In this document: positions 8,645-21,317 of the stretch, piece after piece
Layout: each line of letters opens with the position of its first letter
Numbering within the stretch: position 1 is the first letter of the stretch
Origin: Pyrolobus fumarii 1A
GTDB lineage: Archaea > Thermoproteota > Thermoprotei_A > Sulfolobales > Pyrodictiaceae
Assembly (NCBI RefSeq): GCF_000223395.1
Contig: NC_015931.1
Coordinates: 90,001-122,000 of the forward strand
DNA length: 32,000 nucleotides
Direction: 5' to 3'
Notes under the pieces: model-generated
The model's input: the letters and a program-made list of their open reading frames with translations, nothing else
What the model was told of the DNA's origin: nothing
Databases searched by the model: none
Made by a program: the position numbers and the translations under genes

Positions 8645-9469
8645 TTATTCCCATGGACATCTAGCACTATACCCGATATAGACTGGCGATTCTGAAGATT
8701 TTACACTTAACACCTCACCGGGTACAATCGGCGTTGAAAACTGACCATCAATTAACACCCATGCAGCCCTGTATCCATTCCCAACTTGCACCTCAATATG
8801 CACACTACTGTCAATTACTAGAGGGTGACTCAACCCTGCTAACGGGTTCAAGGGCGTGATCACGACACACTTTTCACTCTTTAGGAGAGGTCCTTGAGCT
8901 GCAGCAGTATACGCGTAGCTACCAACCGCAGTCGCTATTAATACCCCATCACCTTTTAAGTGATACACTTGGTGGCTCCTGCTGCCGACCCTGATTTCCA
9001 ACTCTATAGTTTTCCCACGGCTTCCGACAACAGCCACCTCGTTCAACGCTAGTGGAAGTTCTTGGTTCAAAGGCAACTTCACACTTCTCAATCTCTCAGC
9101 TTTACACCACGTTATATTTTTGTTAACAAGTGCCTTGACTAGACTCTCTACTTCAGAGCATTCGAACCCAGCAAGGAATCCTCGGCGTCCAAACTTGACA
9201 CCAATAATCGAGATAGACCCTCTATATGCATGAAGAACTCGCAGTATCGTACCATCACCGCCCACAACAACCAGGAGATCGGGAAGAGTGGAGCCAAGTG
9301 TGAAAATCTTGTAATCATAATCTCTCTTCTTTTGCAACTGGATTAGCTTGCTAACGCCGTACTCTAACCCTACTTTAAACCCATTTTCTAGGAGTTTCTC
9401 AACGAGGATGTGTACACACTCGAGCGCGTCTTTTACGTCAAGCCTAGCTACTATACCGATAAGCTCCAA
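8645..9469 (-). CDS. nadK: NAD kinase
   Basis: 274 aa. It has the VVVGGDGTILR (GGDGT) motif, and downstream NEV and ATAVGSYAYTAAAQGP segments typical of NAD kinases. Confidence 0.85.
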   Translation of the reverse strand: MELIGIVARLDVKDALECVHILVEKLLENGFKVGLEYGVSKLIQLQKKRDYDYKIFTLGSTLPDLLVVVGGDGTILRVLHAYRGSISIIGVKFGRRGFLAGFECSEVESLVKALVNKNITWCKAERLRSVKLPLNQELPLALNEVAVVGSRGKTIELEIRVGSRSHQVYHLKGDGVLIATAVGSYAYTAAAQGPLLKSEKCVVITPLNPLAGLSHPLVIDSSVHIEVQVGNGYRAAWVLIDGQFSTPIVPGEVLSVKSSESPVYIGYSARCPWE

Positions 9470-9504
9470 GACCGGCCCTACCCTCCTCCGGAGGCAAGGT
9501 ATTC

Positions 9505-10320
9505 ATGGAGAAACGCTTTGAACGGATAGCTTACGTCACAATAGGCGAAGTTGCAATAATAAACGTGAAACGCGATGAAGACGTCAACAATGAGCAGGTT
9601 AAGAAGGCAGCGGAAGAGATAATGCGTAGACATAAGCGCATCAAAGCCGTTTATGCAAAAATAGAGACGACAGGAGCGTATAGAGTCCCGAAACTTTACC
9701 TAGTACTGGGCGACCCCGTTGAAGAAACTTGGCACCGCGAGAATGGCATAGACTTCCACGTGACGATAGGCCGAGTTTATGTAAATCCTCGCCTCTCAAC
9801 CGAACATTTACGAGTGGCACAGATTATTGATGAATATGGTTGCCGTACCCTACTAGATGCATTTACTGGTATAGGCGGGTATGCAGTAACAGCGTCGATC
9901 CACACAAGAAGTCTTTCACGAGTAGTTGCAAACGACCTTAATCCCTACGCTATACGCGACCTACTATTAACCCTACATAGAAACCGTAGACGACTGAAAG
10001 CAAATATCATAGTCACAAATGTTGACGCACACACCTTGCCTCGCATGTTCAAGCATGCATCATTCGATAGCATAATATTGGACTTGCCTCACGAGAGTAT
10101 AAAGTTCGTGTCCATACCATGCAGCTTAGCCTCGTCAGAGTCAATAGTAATATTCTACGTAGTAGCACACGAGAATGACGTACATCAAGTCGCTAACCAT
10201 GTAGCCACTAAACTAGCAGAGTGCGGACTTGAGTGTGATGGAGACGATGCTATTCCGGTCATAGATTACGCTCCGAGACAATATGTTTACCGTATTCTAT
10301 TTCGATGCAGAAGAGGATGA
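9505..10320 (+). CDS. trm5: Trm5/Taw22-family tRNA (guanine37-N1) methyltransferase
   Basis: 271 aa. It has the SAM-binding motif LDAFTGIGGYAV, the catalytic-type motif VVANDLNPYA (NxxNP), and IILDLPH. Confidence 0.7.
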   Translation: MEKRFERIAYVTIGEVAIINVKRDEDVNNEQVKKAAEEIMRRHKRIKAVYAKIETTGAYRVPKLYLVLGDPVEETWHRENGIDFHVTIGRVYVNPRLSTEHLRVAQIIDEYGCRTLLDAFTGIGGYAVTASIHTRSLSRVVANDLNPYAIRDLLLTLHRNRRRLKANIIVTNVDAHTLPRMFKHASFDSIILDLPHESIKFVSIPCSLASSESIVIFYVVAHENDVHQVANHVATKLAECGLECDGDDAIPVIDYAPRQYVYRILFRCRRG

Positions 10321-10719
10321 AATACAACGCGAGATAATGTAAACTAGGGTAAAAGGATCTGCAAGCACCCTTTTAGTATCATTCGGAATGTCGTCCGCTG
10401 CCATGTTACATTGAGATGCTAGTGTTCTGGAGTCGACGTATTCACTACGTCTAGCTACTAGATTGTTGGATCTTGCAGGACCTGCATACAAGCATTTTAT
10501 TACAATCCGCTTGGGTTTGTCGCCGCGCCAAGGAGGAGGCATAACAATAATCTCTATGCACGCTTTACCTTCTTCACACCACTTATGCAGCCCTATCTTG
10601 AGACCTATGCATACTATGCAATCACCGCGCACCGTAACCATGTTTTCAGATGAAAACTCTAGTGTGGAACTATGACTAGCCTGGATATTCATTGCACCTC
10701 TACACGTGCCAACTATCAA
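10297..10719 (-). CDS. DUF371-family protein
   Basis: CRGAMNIQASHSSTLEFSSEN resembles the DUF371 N-terminal pattern ARGH-x-NI-x-ATHKTT-x-E-x-T. A TTG at 10719 gives 140 aa and avoids overlap with pcm. The longest ORF extends to 10791. The 3' end overlaps the convergent trm5 gene by 24 nt. Confidence 0.45.
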   Translation of the reverse strand: MIVGTCRGAMNIQASHSSTLEFSSENMVTVRGDCIVCIGLKIGLHKWCEEGKACIEIIVMPPPWRGDKPKRIVIKCLYAGPARSNNLVARRSEYVDSRTLASQCNMAADDIPNDTKRVLADPFTLVYIISRCISSSSASK

Positions 10720-10727
10720 GCCCGTCT

Positions 10728-12484
<1,757 letters not shown>

Positions 12485-12502
12485 AGTGCTGCCCCCTATA
12501 GG

Positions 12503-12769
12503 TTAAGGTACTGGTTTCAAAAGCTCAATAATCCTACCTTTCTCGCTTTTGTCCGATGTAGACGTCACATGCACATACCCGTGCATCTCCAGCGTCATCA
12601 ACACCTTTAGGAACTCGTGATAGGACACTTCAAAGCCTTTTAATCTTGCAGTCTTACGTACACTCTCATAAAGCTCGTCGTCACGCACTGTGTTTGCCGC
12701 CCGCGATCTAGTCAACCGTCTTAATTCTTCGAGTACTATCAAGTATAGTGGGAGGGGTCTCCATACCAA
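12503..12769 (-). CDS. Small hypothetical protein (possible winged-helix fold)
   Basis: The 88-aa ORF is tightly spaced between cdc48 and fen on the same strand. No motif was recognised. Confidence 0.4.
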   Translation of the reverse strand: MVWRPLPLYLIVLEELRRLTRSRAANTVRDDELYESVRKTARLKGFEVSYHEFLKVLMTLEMHGYVHVTSTSDKSEKGRIIELLKPVP

Positions 12770-12784
12770 AAGCTGCCACCTCCT

Positions 12785-15004
<2,220 letters not shown>

Positions 15005-15081
15005 CTACACCTTACCCTTGACAAGGGGAGGCGGAAAACAGCGTATTAGCATTAAGCTGTTACTGCGAAAAACACACTCGA

Positions 15082-15366
15082 TCAGTATTGTGCAACGCGA
15101 TGCACTGCCTCAATCTCGTATTCGCCTACGCCCTCTACCTTGGAGAGTATCTCCTCTAGCTTTGCTGTGCCGCCCTCAGTCTCCTCGGGTATGAGTATGT
15201 AGAGCTTTAGTGCGTTAAGCCCGAAGGCTATGGGCTCCGTCGCCTTACGCACGATTTGATACCCTTCCGGCAGCGCGTTCTCTATGCGCTTGGCAAGCTC
15301 GCCTAGGTCTATACTAACATCATCCGGGTATACCTTTATGATTACGAGTACGCGCGCCTCGCTCAA
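15082..15366 (-). CDS. ef1b: Elongation factor 1-beta
   Basis: 94 aa. The pattern VLVIIKVYPDDVSIDL...EPIAFGLNALKLYILIPEETEGG...VEGV is typical of archaeal aEF-1beta. The start codon is TTG. Confidence 0.88.
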   Translation of the reverse strand: MSEARVLVIIKVYPDDVSIDLGELAKRIENALPEGYQIVRKATEPIAFGLNALKLYILIPEETEGGTAKLEEILSKVEGVGEYEIEAVHRVAQY

Positions 15367-15381
15367 CCCTAACCTACCTCT

Positions 15382-15588
15382 CTAGGGCCCCTCGAAGCCA
15401 CAATGCGGGCACTTATACGACACGCCCATCTTGCGGCATTTTGCACATCTCCATATCGGCTCGCCGCAGTTCGGGCACGGGAATACTACAGCCTTCTCCC
15501 AAGGCGCTATCAATCTATGACAACTGACACATACCGGCAACTTGGATGGACCATAGATGCTTAGCTTGCGCTGCTGGGCAAGCGCCAC
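15382..15588 (-). CDS. Zn-ribbon protein (COG2888-like), conserved partner of ef1b
   Basis: [49 protein letters not shown] contains four CxxC pairs. It lies 15 nt upstream of ef1b. I chose the GTG at 15588 (68 aa), and a TTG at 15540 (52 aa) is also possible. The longest ORF, to 15714, would overlap pth2. Confidence 0.6.
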   Translation of the reverse strand: MALAQQRKLSIYGPSKLPVCVSCHRLIAPWEKAVVFPCPNCGEPIWRCAKCRKMGVSYKCPHCGFEGP

Positions 15589-15622
15589 CACACCCACACC
15601 CCAAGCGCCACCACCACCCTCC

Positions 15623-15632
15623 TTTTTATAAA
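15623..15632. promoter_or_regulatory. Shared AT-rich TATA element (TTTTTATAAA) between the divergent Zn-ribbon/ef1b and pth2 genes
   Basis: It is the only AT-rich box in the spacer. It lies about 35-44 nt from the 15588 start and about 42-51 nt from the 15674 start. Confidence 0.4.
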
Positions 15633-15673
15633 CACTAGTTACCCCGCTCACTGCGCCCACGGGTAGGTTACAA

Positions 15674-16033
15674 TTGGAGGAGTTCAAGCAGGTAATTGTA
15701 GTGCGAACCGACATTAAAATGACAAAGGGGAAACTCGCCGCTCAAGTTGCGCACGCCGCAGTGGAGGCCGTGCTGAATGCCCTCGAGATGGGACTAAGGG
15801 ACTGGGTTGACCTCTGGCGTTCACAGGGAGCTAAGAAGGTCGTTGTCAAAGGAGAGAACGAGCAGACACTCATAGAGGTTTACGAGCGAGCTAGACGTGA
15901 GCATCTACCAACAGCGCTAATCCGCGATGCTGGTAGGACAGAGCTACCTCCCGGAACATTAACAGCTGTTGCTGTAGGCCCTGCGCCCAGTAGCAAGGTT
16001 GATAAGATAACTGGAAGGTTTAAGCTTCTGTAG
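15674..16033 (+). CDS. pth2: Peptidyl-tRNA hydrolase, archaeal type (Pth2)
   Basis: 119 aa. It has [27 protein letters not shown] and [21 protein letters not shown]. The start codon is TTG. Confidence 0.9.
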   Translation: MEEFKQVIVVRTDIKMTKGKLAAQVAHAAVEAVLNALEMGLRDWVDLWRSQGAKKVVVKGENEQTLIEVYERARREHLPTALIRDAGRTELPPGTLTAVAVGPAPSSKVDKITGRFKLL

Positions 16034-16052
16034 CATCACGTCGGGGTTACAG

Positions 16053-17168
16053 ATGTTAGTAGACCTATCAAGTCTAGAGCCACTCCTGGGTATTGAAGCG
16101 TGGTTTAACGATAAACGACCCCGTGCATTGATATTGCGTCCACTAGGCTTCCTAGTACTTGAGGAGCCTTCGATAAGATCGTGCAACGCTATGCTATACG
16201 CTCTAACAAAAGCTAACATCGATACACTACATGCGATTCAAAACCTAACACATGTCATAGGAAAATCTAGCTACGCAGGATTAAAGGATGCCGACGGGAT
16301 AACAACGCAGTTTATCGCTGCAAGACAATGGGGCCAATATGCCTACAGTCGCGCCGGTTTCCGAAGCTATACACTAGCTTGCACGAACACAAGGGGATGC
16401 ATAAAGATAGGTGATGTCAAATTCAATCATTTCTCGATAACGCTTGCATTACTCGACGGGGAGGCTGAAACACGTACAACTAGTATCGCTCCTAACTATT
16501 ATGGTTTTCAACGATTCGGTACACGTCGCCCAAATACCCACTACACCGGGCTATCTCTTGCACGAGGGGACCTAGGTCGTTACTTCGCAGAGTTGATATA
16601 TACCAAGTACCCACGCGAAACAAGCAGACGAGGAGATTACGAGAGGCTCGCCCTAAAGCTCTTGAGAGCCACACGTTCCACTATACGTGCACTGAAGCAT
16701 CTTCCGCCTAAGGTACTAGAGCTGCACGTCAACGCACTTCAATCCTATCTGTTCAACAGGATATTGTCGAGACTAGTGACAGAGTATAGCACACGTGTAT
16801 GCACGACGTACCCACGCATACCCGTGCCAGGCTGTGGCCTAAGCAAGTACTTGGATGCCCTAGATGAGGACGTAAAGAGGGTTTATCGTGAAGTGATGGG
16901 CACAGAGGGTGTTGAAGAGAGTTACTTCTGCACTCTAAGGCGTTACGGCATTCACGCATCGAGCTACATGAGGGAGTCATGCATAGAACCTGCTATGCAT
17001 TTCTCGCTTCGCCTCAAAGTAGAAGAGTATGAGGATGTGGAGATTGCTATTCACGTGTTTTCGCTTAAAAGAGGTGAATACGCGACAACGTTTCTCGCTA
17101 ATATGTATAGGTTATTCGAACCGGAGCCTTACTTTCTGGCCGGCCAGTTCGGTCAAAACCCTCTCTAG
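16053..17168 (+). CDS. truD: tRNA pseudouridine synthase D (TruD/Pus7 family)
   Basis: 371 aa. AGLKDADGITTQF matches the GxKD catalytic motif, and PNYYGFQRFG matches the NYFGxQRFG motif. Confidence 0.8.
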   Translation: MLVDLSSLEPLLGIEAWFNDKRPRALILRPLGFLVLEEPSIRSCNAMLYALTKANIDTLHAIQNLTHVIGKSSYAGLKDADGITTQFIAARQWGQYAYSRAGFRSYTLACTNTRGCIKIGDVKFNHFSITLALLDGEAETRTTSIAPNYYGFQRFGTRRPNTHYTGLSLARGDLGRYFAELIYTKYPRETSRRGDYERLALKLLRATRSTIRALKHLPPKVLELHVNALQSYLFNRILSRLVTEYSTRVCTTYPRIPVPGCGLSKYLDALDEDVKRVYREVMGTEGVEESYFCTLRRYGIHASSYMRESCIEPAMHFSLRLKVEEYEDVEIAIHVFSLKRGEYATTFLANMYRLFEPEPYFLAGQFGQNPL

Positions 17169-17612
17169 AAACTCCTTTTGAGGCTCAACACGCCTCCTGT
17201 CTCTCCTGGATATCCTCACAACGTACTCTATAGTACCATCCGGCATGTAGACGTAGTTTACACCCAATACACGTGCTGGATATAGCAGGTGCACAGCGAG
17301 AGTCCTGACATCCCCTGCTCTCGGCACTATACGTACTCGTATACCTCCGAGTTTCTCGGAAAGGGCGCCCTCGATCTTCCTTGCTAGCCGTGTAAACACC
17401 GGTACACTAGTAGCACCGCTTACGTCCATCACAATGATCACCATGTTGCTGTCTATGAAATACGCTCTATGATAGACGGCATCGCGTAGTTCAGGCAATT
17501 TGCCTGACTCTTCAAGTTCGATTAGCGCACGCATTATATCCACTTCGCGTTCCTCAACCTTGCCTGTATCAACTAGCTCCTGGCAACGTGGACACAGTAC
17601 ACCGCTCTTCAC
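17112..17612 (-). CDS. Hypothetical protein, possibly NusA-like/KH-fold RNA binding
   Basis: 166 aa. There is a weak resemblance to the archaeal NusA layout (DIMRALIELEE, VIIVMD, KLGGIRVRIV, LLYPARVLGVNYV), but no GxxG motif. A TATATA run directly abuts the GTG start, so the true start may be downstream. The 3' end overlaps truD by 57 nt. Confidence 0.3.
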   Translation of the reverse strand: MKSGVLCPRCQELVDTGKVEEREVDIMRALIELEESGKLPELRDAVYHRAYFIDSNMVIIVMDVSGATSVPVFTRLARKIEGALSEKLGGIRVRIVPRAGDVRTLAVHLLYPARVLGVNYVYMPDGTIEYVVRISRRDRRRVEPQKEFLERVLTELAGQKVRLRFE

Positions 17613-17761
17613 ACATATATAATCGAGGGGTATCTTGACCGAGACCCATCACCTCGCGCTGCTCGTTACTCCCTGAACCGCTCACCAACAGCTACCAGAG
17701 TAAATAAGAGTTGAGGTAAGATGTGTAGAGAGACTGGCAATGCGAGAGTAGTGTGAGTAGG

Positions 17762-17835
17762 GGCCGCCGCCGGGATTTGAACCCGGGACCTCGGGATCCA
17801 CAGTCCCGCGCTCTTCCAGCTGAGCTACGGCGGCC
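17762..17835 (-). tRNA. tRNA-His (anticodon GUG) with encoded G-1
   Basis: The cloverleaf is G(-1)+GCCGCCG/CGGCGGC acceptor, CGGGA-CTGTGGA-TCCCG anticodon arm, CCGGG-TTCAAAT-CCCGG T arm, and discriminator C opposite G-1. CCA is not fully encoded (CCT follows). Confidence 0.9.
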
Positions 17836-18024
17836 TCCCTTCTCACTCATCGGGCGCGTTGCCCTCCAACCGCGGGACTGACGAGGCCCTCGCTCTTCAT
17901 CTTGGCCTGTTCTTCCGCGGCGGCCCTCAACCGCCATGTTTAACGTCTTACATGGGGCGGAGATTCATAAAACTTTGTTCTTACGCTCATCTTAGGAGCG
18001 TAATGCAGCCATCCATCATAGACT

Positions 18025-18088
18025 GTGATGAGGGAACCCGGGAGCAATAACGCGACCCTCGGGGGATGAGCGAAAGGCCCGCAGCTGA
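18025..18088 (+). ncRNA. Candidate box C/D sRNA with irregular spacing
   Basis: It has C box GUGAUGA (18025-31), D'-like GCGA (18052-55), C' AUGAGCG (18066-72), a 12-nt spacer, then D box CUGA (18085-88). The C-to-D' spacer is 20 nt and I found no terminal stem. Confidence 0.35.
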
Positions 18089-18124
18089 TGATATATAGCC
18101 TAATACCATGGTATGCGAAAACGT

Positions 18125-18132
18125 GATAAAGG
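18125..18132 (+). promoter_or_regulatory. TATA-like element (GATAAAGG) for tRNA-Ala(GGC)
   Basis: It lies 31-38 nt upstream of the tRNA 5' end. Confidence 0.3.
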
Positions 18133-18162
18133 CTGGATGGATAGCCCGGCTAATCCTGGAGT

Positions 18163-18239
<77 letters not shown>

Positions 18240-18262
18240 CCCCCCATACGGTGCGGTAAGCG

Positions 18263-18844
18263 TTGCAGAGCTACACTTTGCTTATTATAAAACTATCCAA
18301 CATAGATGATTACTTGATTGACACTGTGGCAAACAGCGTCAAAGACGCGTTTATGAATGTTAATGTTTTAGTTTCGCCTGATGTCATGCTGCCGCCTATG
18401 AGTTTCTTTGACTGGAAGCGTATGCAGTATCGCAGCGAGTATATCGTAAAATGGCTAGCCTCTATACGTGAGAGGCTAGGAGCCGACTATATACTTGGCA
18501 TAGGCGACATAGACGCGTACGCCAACGGCCTTAACTTTGTTTTCGGCGAGGCATACCCGGAGGGGCGCGCTGCAGCCGTATACTTACGTAGGCTACACCC
18601 CAGCTTCTACGGCGAGCCCGACAATCATGAACTATTTGTTAGCAGAGCTGTGAAGGAGGTTATACACGAGCTGGGTCACACCTTCGGCTTGCCTCATTGC
18701 AGTAACCGCCTTTGTGTCATGAGTTTCAGTAATAGCGTGTACGAAGTTGATAGTAAAACGGAAAAATTCTGTCCAAGATGCGCCGAAAGGCTTAGGCTTA
18801 ATGGGCTATACGTGTCACCTCGTTACGTATTATCGACCAGCTAG
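18263..18844 (+). CDS. amzA: Archaemetzincin (zinc metalloprotease AmzA)
   Basis: 193 aa. HELGHTFGLPHCSNRLCVMSF...CPRC matches the archaemetzincin signature HExxHxxGxxHC-x4-CxM-x17-CxxC. The start is a TTG at 18263 or 18278, only 23-38 nt after the tRNA. Confidence 0.85.
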   Translation: MQSYTLLIIKLSNIDDYLIDTVANSVKDAFMNVNVLVSPDVMLPPMSFFDWKRMQYRSEYIVKWLASIRERLGADYILGIGDIDAYANGLNFVFGEAYPEGRAAAVYLRRLHPSFYGEPDNHELFVSRAVKEVIHELGHTFGLPHCSNRLCVMSFSNSVYEVDSKTEKFCPRCAERLRLNGLYVSPRYVLSTS

Positions 18845-18849
18845 CGATT

Positions 18850-19299
18850 CTAGATGTCAACCGCAAATCTCAATACCCACAACCCGTCGTTCTTCTCCAA
18901 CTTCATCTCGTGGTAGGTGATTGCCTTTACTATCGTACGTGGCTCGTGCTTTTCCGGATCAAAGGGCTCGCCACACCCCTCACCAACGATTATGTATTCT
19001 TCACCTTCTTTCTCTACACGCTCAACCTTGAACTTCGAGAACACTAAACCCTCAGAGTCGAACATCACTAGGAAATCTTCAAGCCAACGTAGTATGGCCT
19101 GGTACAAGTCGATACCTCTTTCTTCGACACGCCTACATTCCTTAGGCTCAACTTTACTAGTGTCTGTGATGACTTCGAACACTGCACGAGCGGCATTAGC
19201 GATAGTCTCTTCCAGAGTACGCCCATACGCCCTGATTATAACATCAGCCGTATGCTCTTCAAACTCAAAAGGCTTGAACCCGTTACTCAAGCTTACCAC
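18850..19299 (-). CDS. Archease (activator of the RtcB tRNA-splicing ligase)
   Basis: 149 aa. FEFEEHTADVIIRAYGRTLEETIANAARAVFEVI and the C-terminal KAITYHEMKL fit the archease family. The start may instead be the TTG at 19290. It overlaps the aroA stop. Confidence 0.85.
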   Translation of the reverse strand: MVSLSNGFKPFEFEEHTADVIIRAYGRTLEETIANAARAVFEVITDTSKVEPKECRRVEERGIDLYQAILRWLEDFLVMFDSEGLVFSKFKVERVEKEGEEYIIVGEGCGEPFDPEKHEPRTIVKAITYHEMKLEKNDGLWVLRFAVDI

Positions 19300-20647
19300 C
19301 CTCGAAGAATATTCTCACACCGGCTTCTTGAAGTGTACTCCAGAAGCCACGCCATGATTTAGACGTACATGTAGCATTCGATATACGTGCCACCACGCCA
19401 CTCGTTGCAGCCAACACGGCAGTCCCCATAGCGATCCTGTGATCATCCGGACATTCAATATTAACAAAACTGGGTTTAACTGCCCTCCCGGCGACGATTA
19501 TATCATCATTGGTATGGTATGCTACATAACCTAGCGAGCGAAGACTCGCGGTTACACTCTCTAGCCGATTACTCTCCTTTAAAACGAGGTGATGCACACC
19601 AGCTATTTTAACACTGACGCCCAGAGCCGAAGCTGCATATGCTACACTAACAGCTACGTCCGGTTCACGGCGCACAGTAATTGTGATGTTATCTGCGCTT
19701 CTTGCACTAAATGGCTCAATATCCCATTCCGCACTGTCATCGTGTTCGAGAATCTTAGAATCGAATCCTAGTATCTTGTAGTAGAAGCTAGCGTAGTGAT
19801 CACCCGGGCCTGCCCACGGCCTCCATAATCCACGTATAATCAGCCTGACTCCCGTCGATGCTAGAGGAGCCACTAGACTAGCAAGCCCCCAATCACCCGG
19901 AGTCCATAACACGAAACGCCTCTCGACACCACTAACTAACGCGTGTATAGCAATGCCATCTCCACGTTCATCAATGCGAATATCTTCGAGCGTGAAACCG
20001 GCTAAACGTAAAGACTCTAGAGTCTCATAGATGTGCCCGCTTGACACGCCCGTATAGCCCTCGACCTTAACAGGGTCGCCCCCTCGCAATGCTGATAGAA
20101 TAGCTGCTGCTATGAGCGCGCCACTTATTGGCTGACTACTTTTAGTCGAAGCTACGCGCAGCATCTGAGGCTCTCTTGTCTTCACAATATTTATCACATT
20201 ACTGCCTGGGTCAAGACGGGCCTCTCCAAACTGTTTCCAGAGGCTAAGTGTACCCTCTTCGAGCCTCCTAAACAATCGTTTACACACATGTACAGATATG
20301 CGTGAACCTATAGGCGCAGCTGCGAGGAGAGCAACGAGCGTTATTCGTAGAGCACCACCACTACAATACACGTCTACATCATACGTCTCGCTTTCACGGA
20401 AATAGTCGAGACAAACACGTCCATCACTAACGACTACGCCACCCGCGGCTAGTACTATGTCCGTGGCTGCATCAGCATCCTCACAATCAGGAACATTGCG
20501 TACGCATCCGCGCCCAGCCAATAATAAGCCTGCTAGACGGTAGTAGAAGCTTTTGGAAGGAGGTGCCTTTATCTCTACGACGCTACTCTTAGGCTCAAAC
20601 CCTGTAACTACCACTACGTGCGGGTCGGCCACGAGCGCCCTCCCCAT
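19283..20647 (-). CDS. aroA: 3-phosphoshikimate 1-carboxyvinyltransferase (EPSP synthase), divergent
   Basis: It has PPSKSFYYRLAGLLLAG (compare PGSKS-x-x-R), LKESNRL (compare KESDR), and DDHRIAMGTAVLA (compare DHRIAM). I placed the start at the ATG at 20647 because a TATA-like box and an sRNA candidate occupy 20687-20760. The longest ORF reaches 20686. Confidence 0.72.
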   Translation of the reverse strand: MGRALVADPHVVVVTGFEPKSSVVEIKAPPSKSFYYRLAGLLLAGRGCVRNVPDCEDADAATDIVLAAGGVVVSDGRVCLDYFRESETYDVDVYCSGGALRITLVALLAAAPIGSRISVHVCKRLFRRLEEGTLSLWKQFGEARLDPGSNVINIVKTREPQMLRVASTKSSQPISGALIAAAILSALRGGDPVKVEGYTGVSSGHIYETLESLRLAGFTLEDIRIDERGDGIAIHALVSGVERRFVLWTPGDWGLASLVAPLASTGVRLIIRGLWRPWAGPGDHYASFYYKILGFDSKILEHDDSAEWDIEPFSARSADNITITVRREPDVAVSVAYAASALGVSVKIAGVHHLVLKESNRLESVTASLRSLGYVAYHTNDDIIVAGRAVKPSFVNIECPDDHRIAMGTAVLAATSGVVARISNATCTSKSWRGFWSTLQEAGVRIFFEGGKLE

Positions 20648-20695
20648 CACAGAGTCGGGCAAGAGTGGGGTCCTCATCCCCCACATTATAGATGA

Positions 20696-20760
20696 GGCTC
20701 AGCCAGCAGCCCCTATCTCCTCACGCCTCCCGGTCGGTCCCGCGGTTTATCCTCACAGCC
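20696..20760 (-). ncRNA. Candidate box C/D sRNA with variant boxes
   Basis: The minus strand reads GGC-u-GUGAGGA-UAAACCGCGGGA-CCGA-ccgggaggc-GUGAGGA-GAUAGGGGCUGCUGG-CUGA-GCC. The C-to-D' spacer is 12 nt and there is a 3-bp terminal stem. The D spacer is 15 nt. A TATA-like TTTTATGTTATAG lies about 25-35 nt upstream. Confidence 0.55.
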
Positions 20761-20828
20761 AAAGTACAGGAGAACCATGAAAACTATAACATAAAAGGCT
20801 CGGAACCGCTGGGCATCCACATCATGCT

Positions 20829-21110
20829 CTAGGCTTCGGTGTCGGTGGTTCTCCTCACAGCCGCCAAATCTACTCTATTCACAACCTCCTCAACTATATT
20901 ACTCGCGATGCGCTCAGCGTCATCATACCCCATCTTTCCCAGCACAAAACCCAGTAGACGTACCGCGCCCTCGTAGTGACTCCTACTACCCGTAGTTATG
21001 TACAAGTGGATTAGTGTCGCAACTTCCATTGTCGTGTAAGGGTCTAGCACCAGCCCATTATTGTAGAGGGCATGCGTCAACACTTGACGCACAACGTCGA
21101 ATGCTCTCAA
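20829..21110 (-). CDS. Hypothetical protein
   Basis: 93-aa ORF with a TTG start. A TATA-like TTTAAG (21145-21152) lies about 35-42 nt upstream. No motif was recognised. Confidence 0.4.
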   Translation of the reverse strand: MRAFDVVRQVLTHALYNNGLVLDPYTTMEVATLIHLYITTGSRSHYEGAVRLLGFVLGKMGYDDAERIASNIVEEVVNRVDLAAVRRTTDTEA

Positions 21111-21165
21111 GCATATCCCGCATTGCTACGGACGTTGTGCCCCACTTAAAGGAGGTGAGAGGGGG

Positions 21166-21242
<77 letters not shown>

Positions 21243-21317
21243 AGCACCGTTGTAGAGAGCTAACCTGGCGTGGGGTTCTTCAGTCTTGCTGTTTTGCTGG
21301 GGTCGGCGGGATGAGCG

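Noticed and set aside
15589-15714. Long N-terminal extension of the COG2888-like Zn-ribbon ORF (110-aa version)
   Set aside because: It would overlap the pth2 start and the shared TATA box. The extension is Gly/Val-rich and has no counterpart in the ~55-68 aa family.
17640-17685. GUGAGCG-N12-ACGA followed by GUGAUGG on the minus strand between tRNA-His and the NusA-like gene
   Set aside because: No xxGA D box lies 12 nt after the second box, there is no terminal stem, and the boxes cannot form consistent K-turn pairs.
17692-18050. ORFs 17692-17937 (-) and 17859-18050 (+) in the tRNA-His / tRNA-Ala spacer
   Set aside because: The first runs straight through the tRNA-His gene. Both give Arg/Gly/Ser-rich low-complexity peptides with no motifs. 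The region is more likely non-coding.
18105-18114. Perfect 10-nt palindrome TACCATGGTA upstream of tRNA-Ala
   Set aside because: It is a short isolated palindrome containing an NcoI-type site, with no repeat partner or obvious regulatory context.
20797-20825. AUGAUGU ... CCGA GCC half-unit on the minus strand just after the 93-aa gene
   Set aside because: It has only one box pair with a 15-nt spacer (about 26 nt in total), no second box pair and no 5' stem partner. It is too short for a C/D sRNA.
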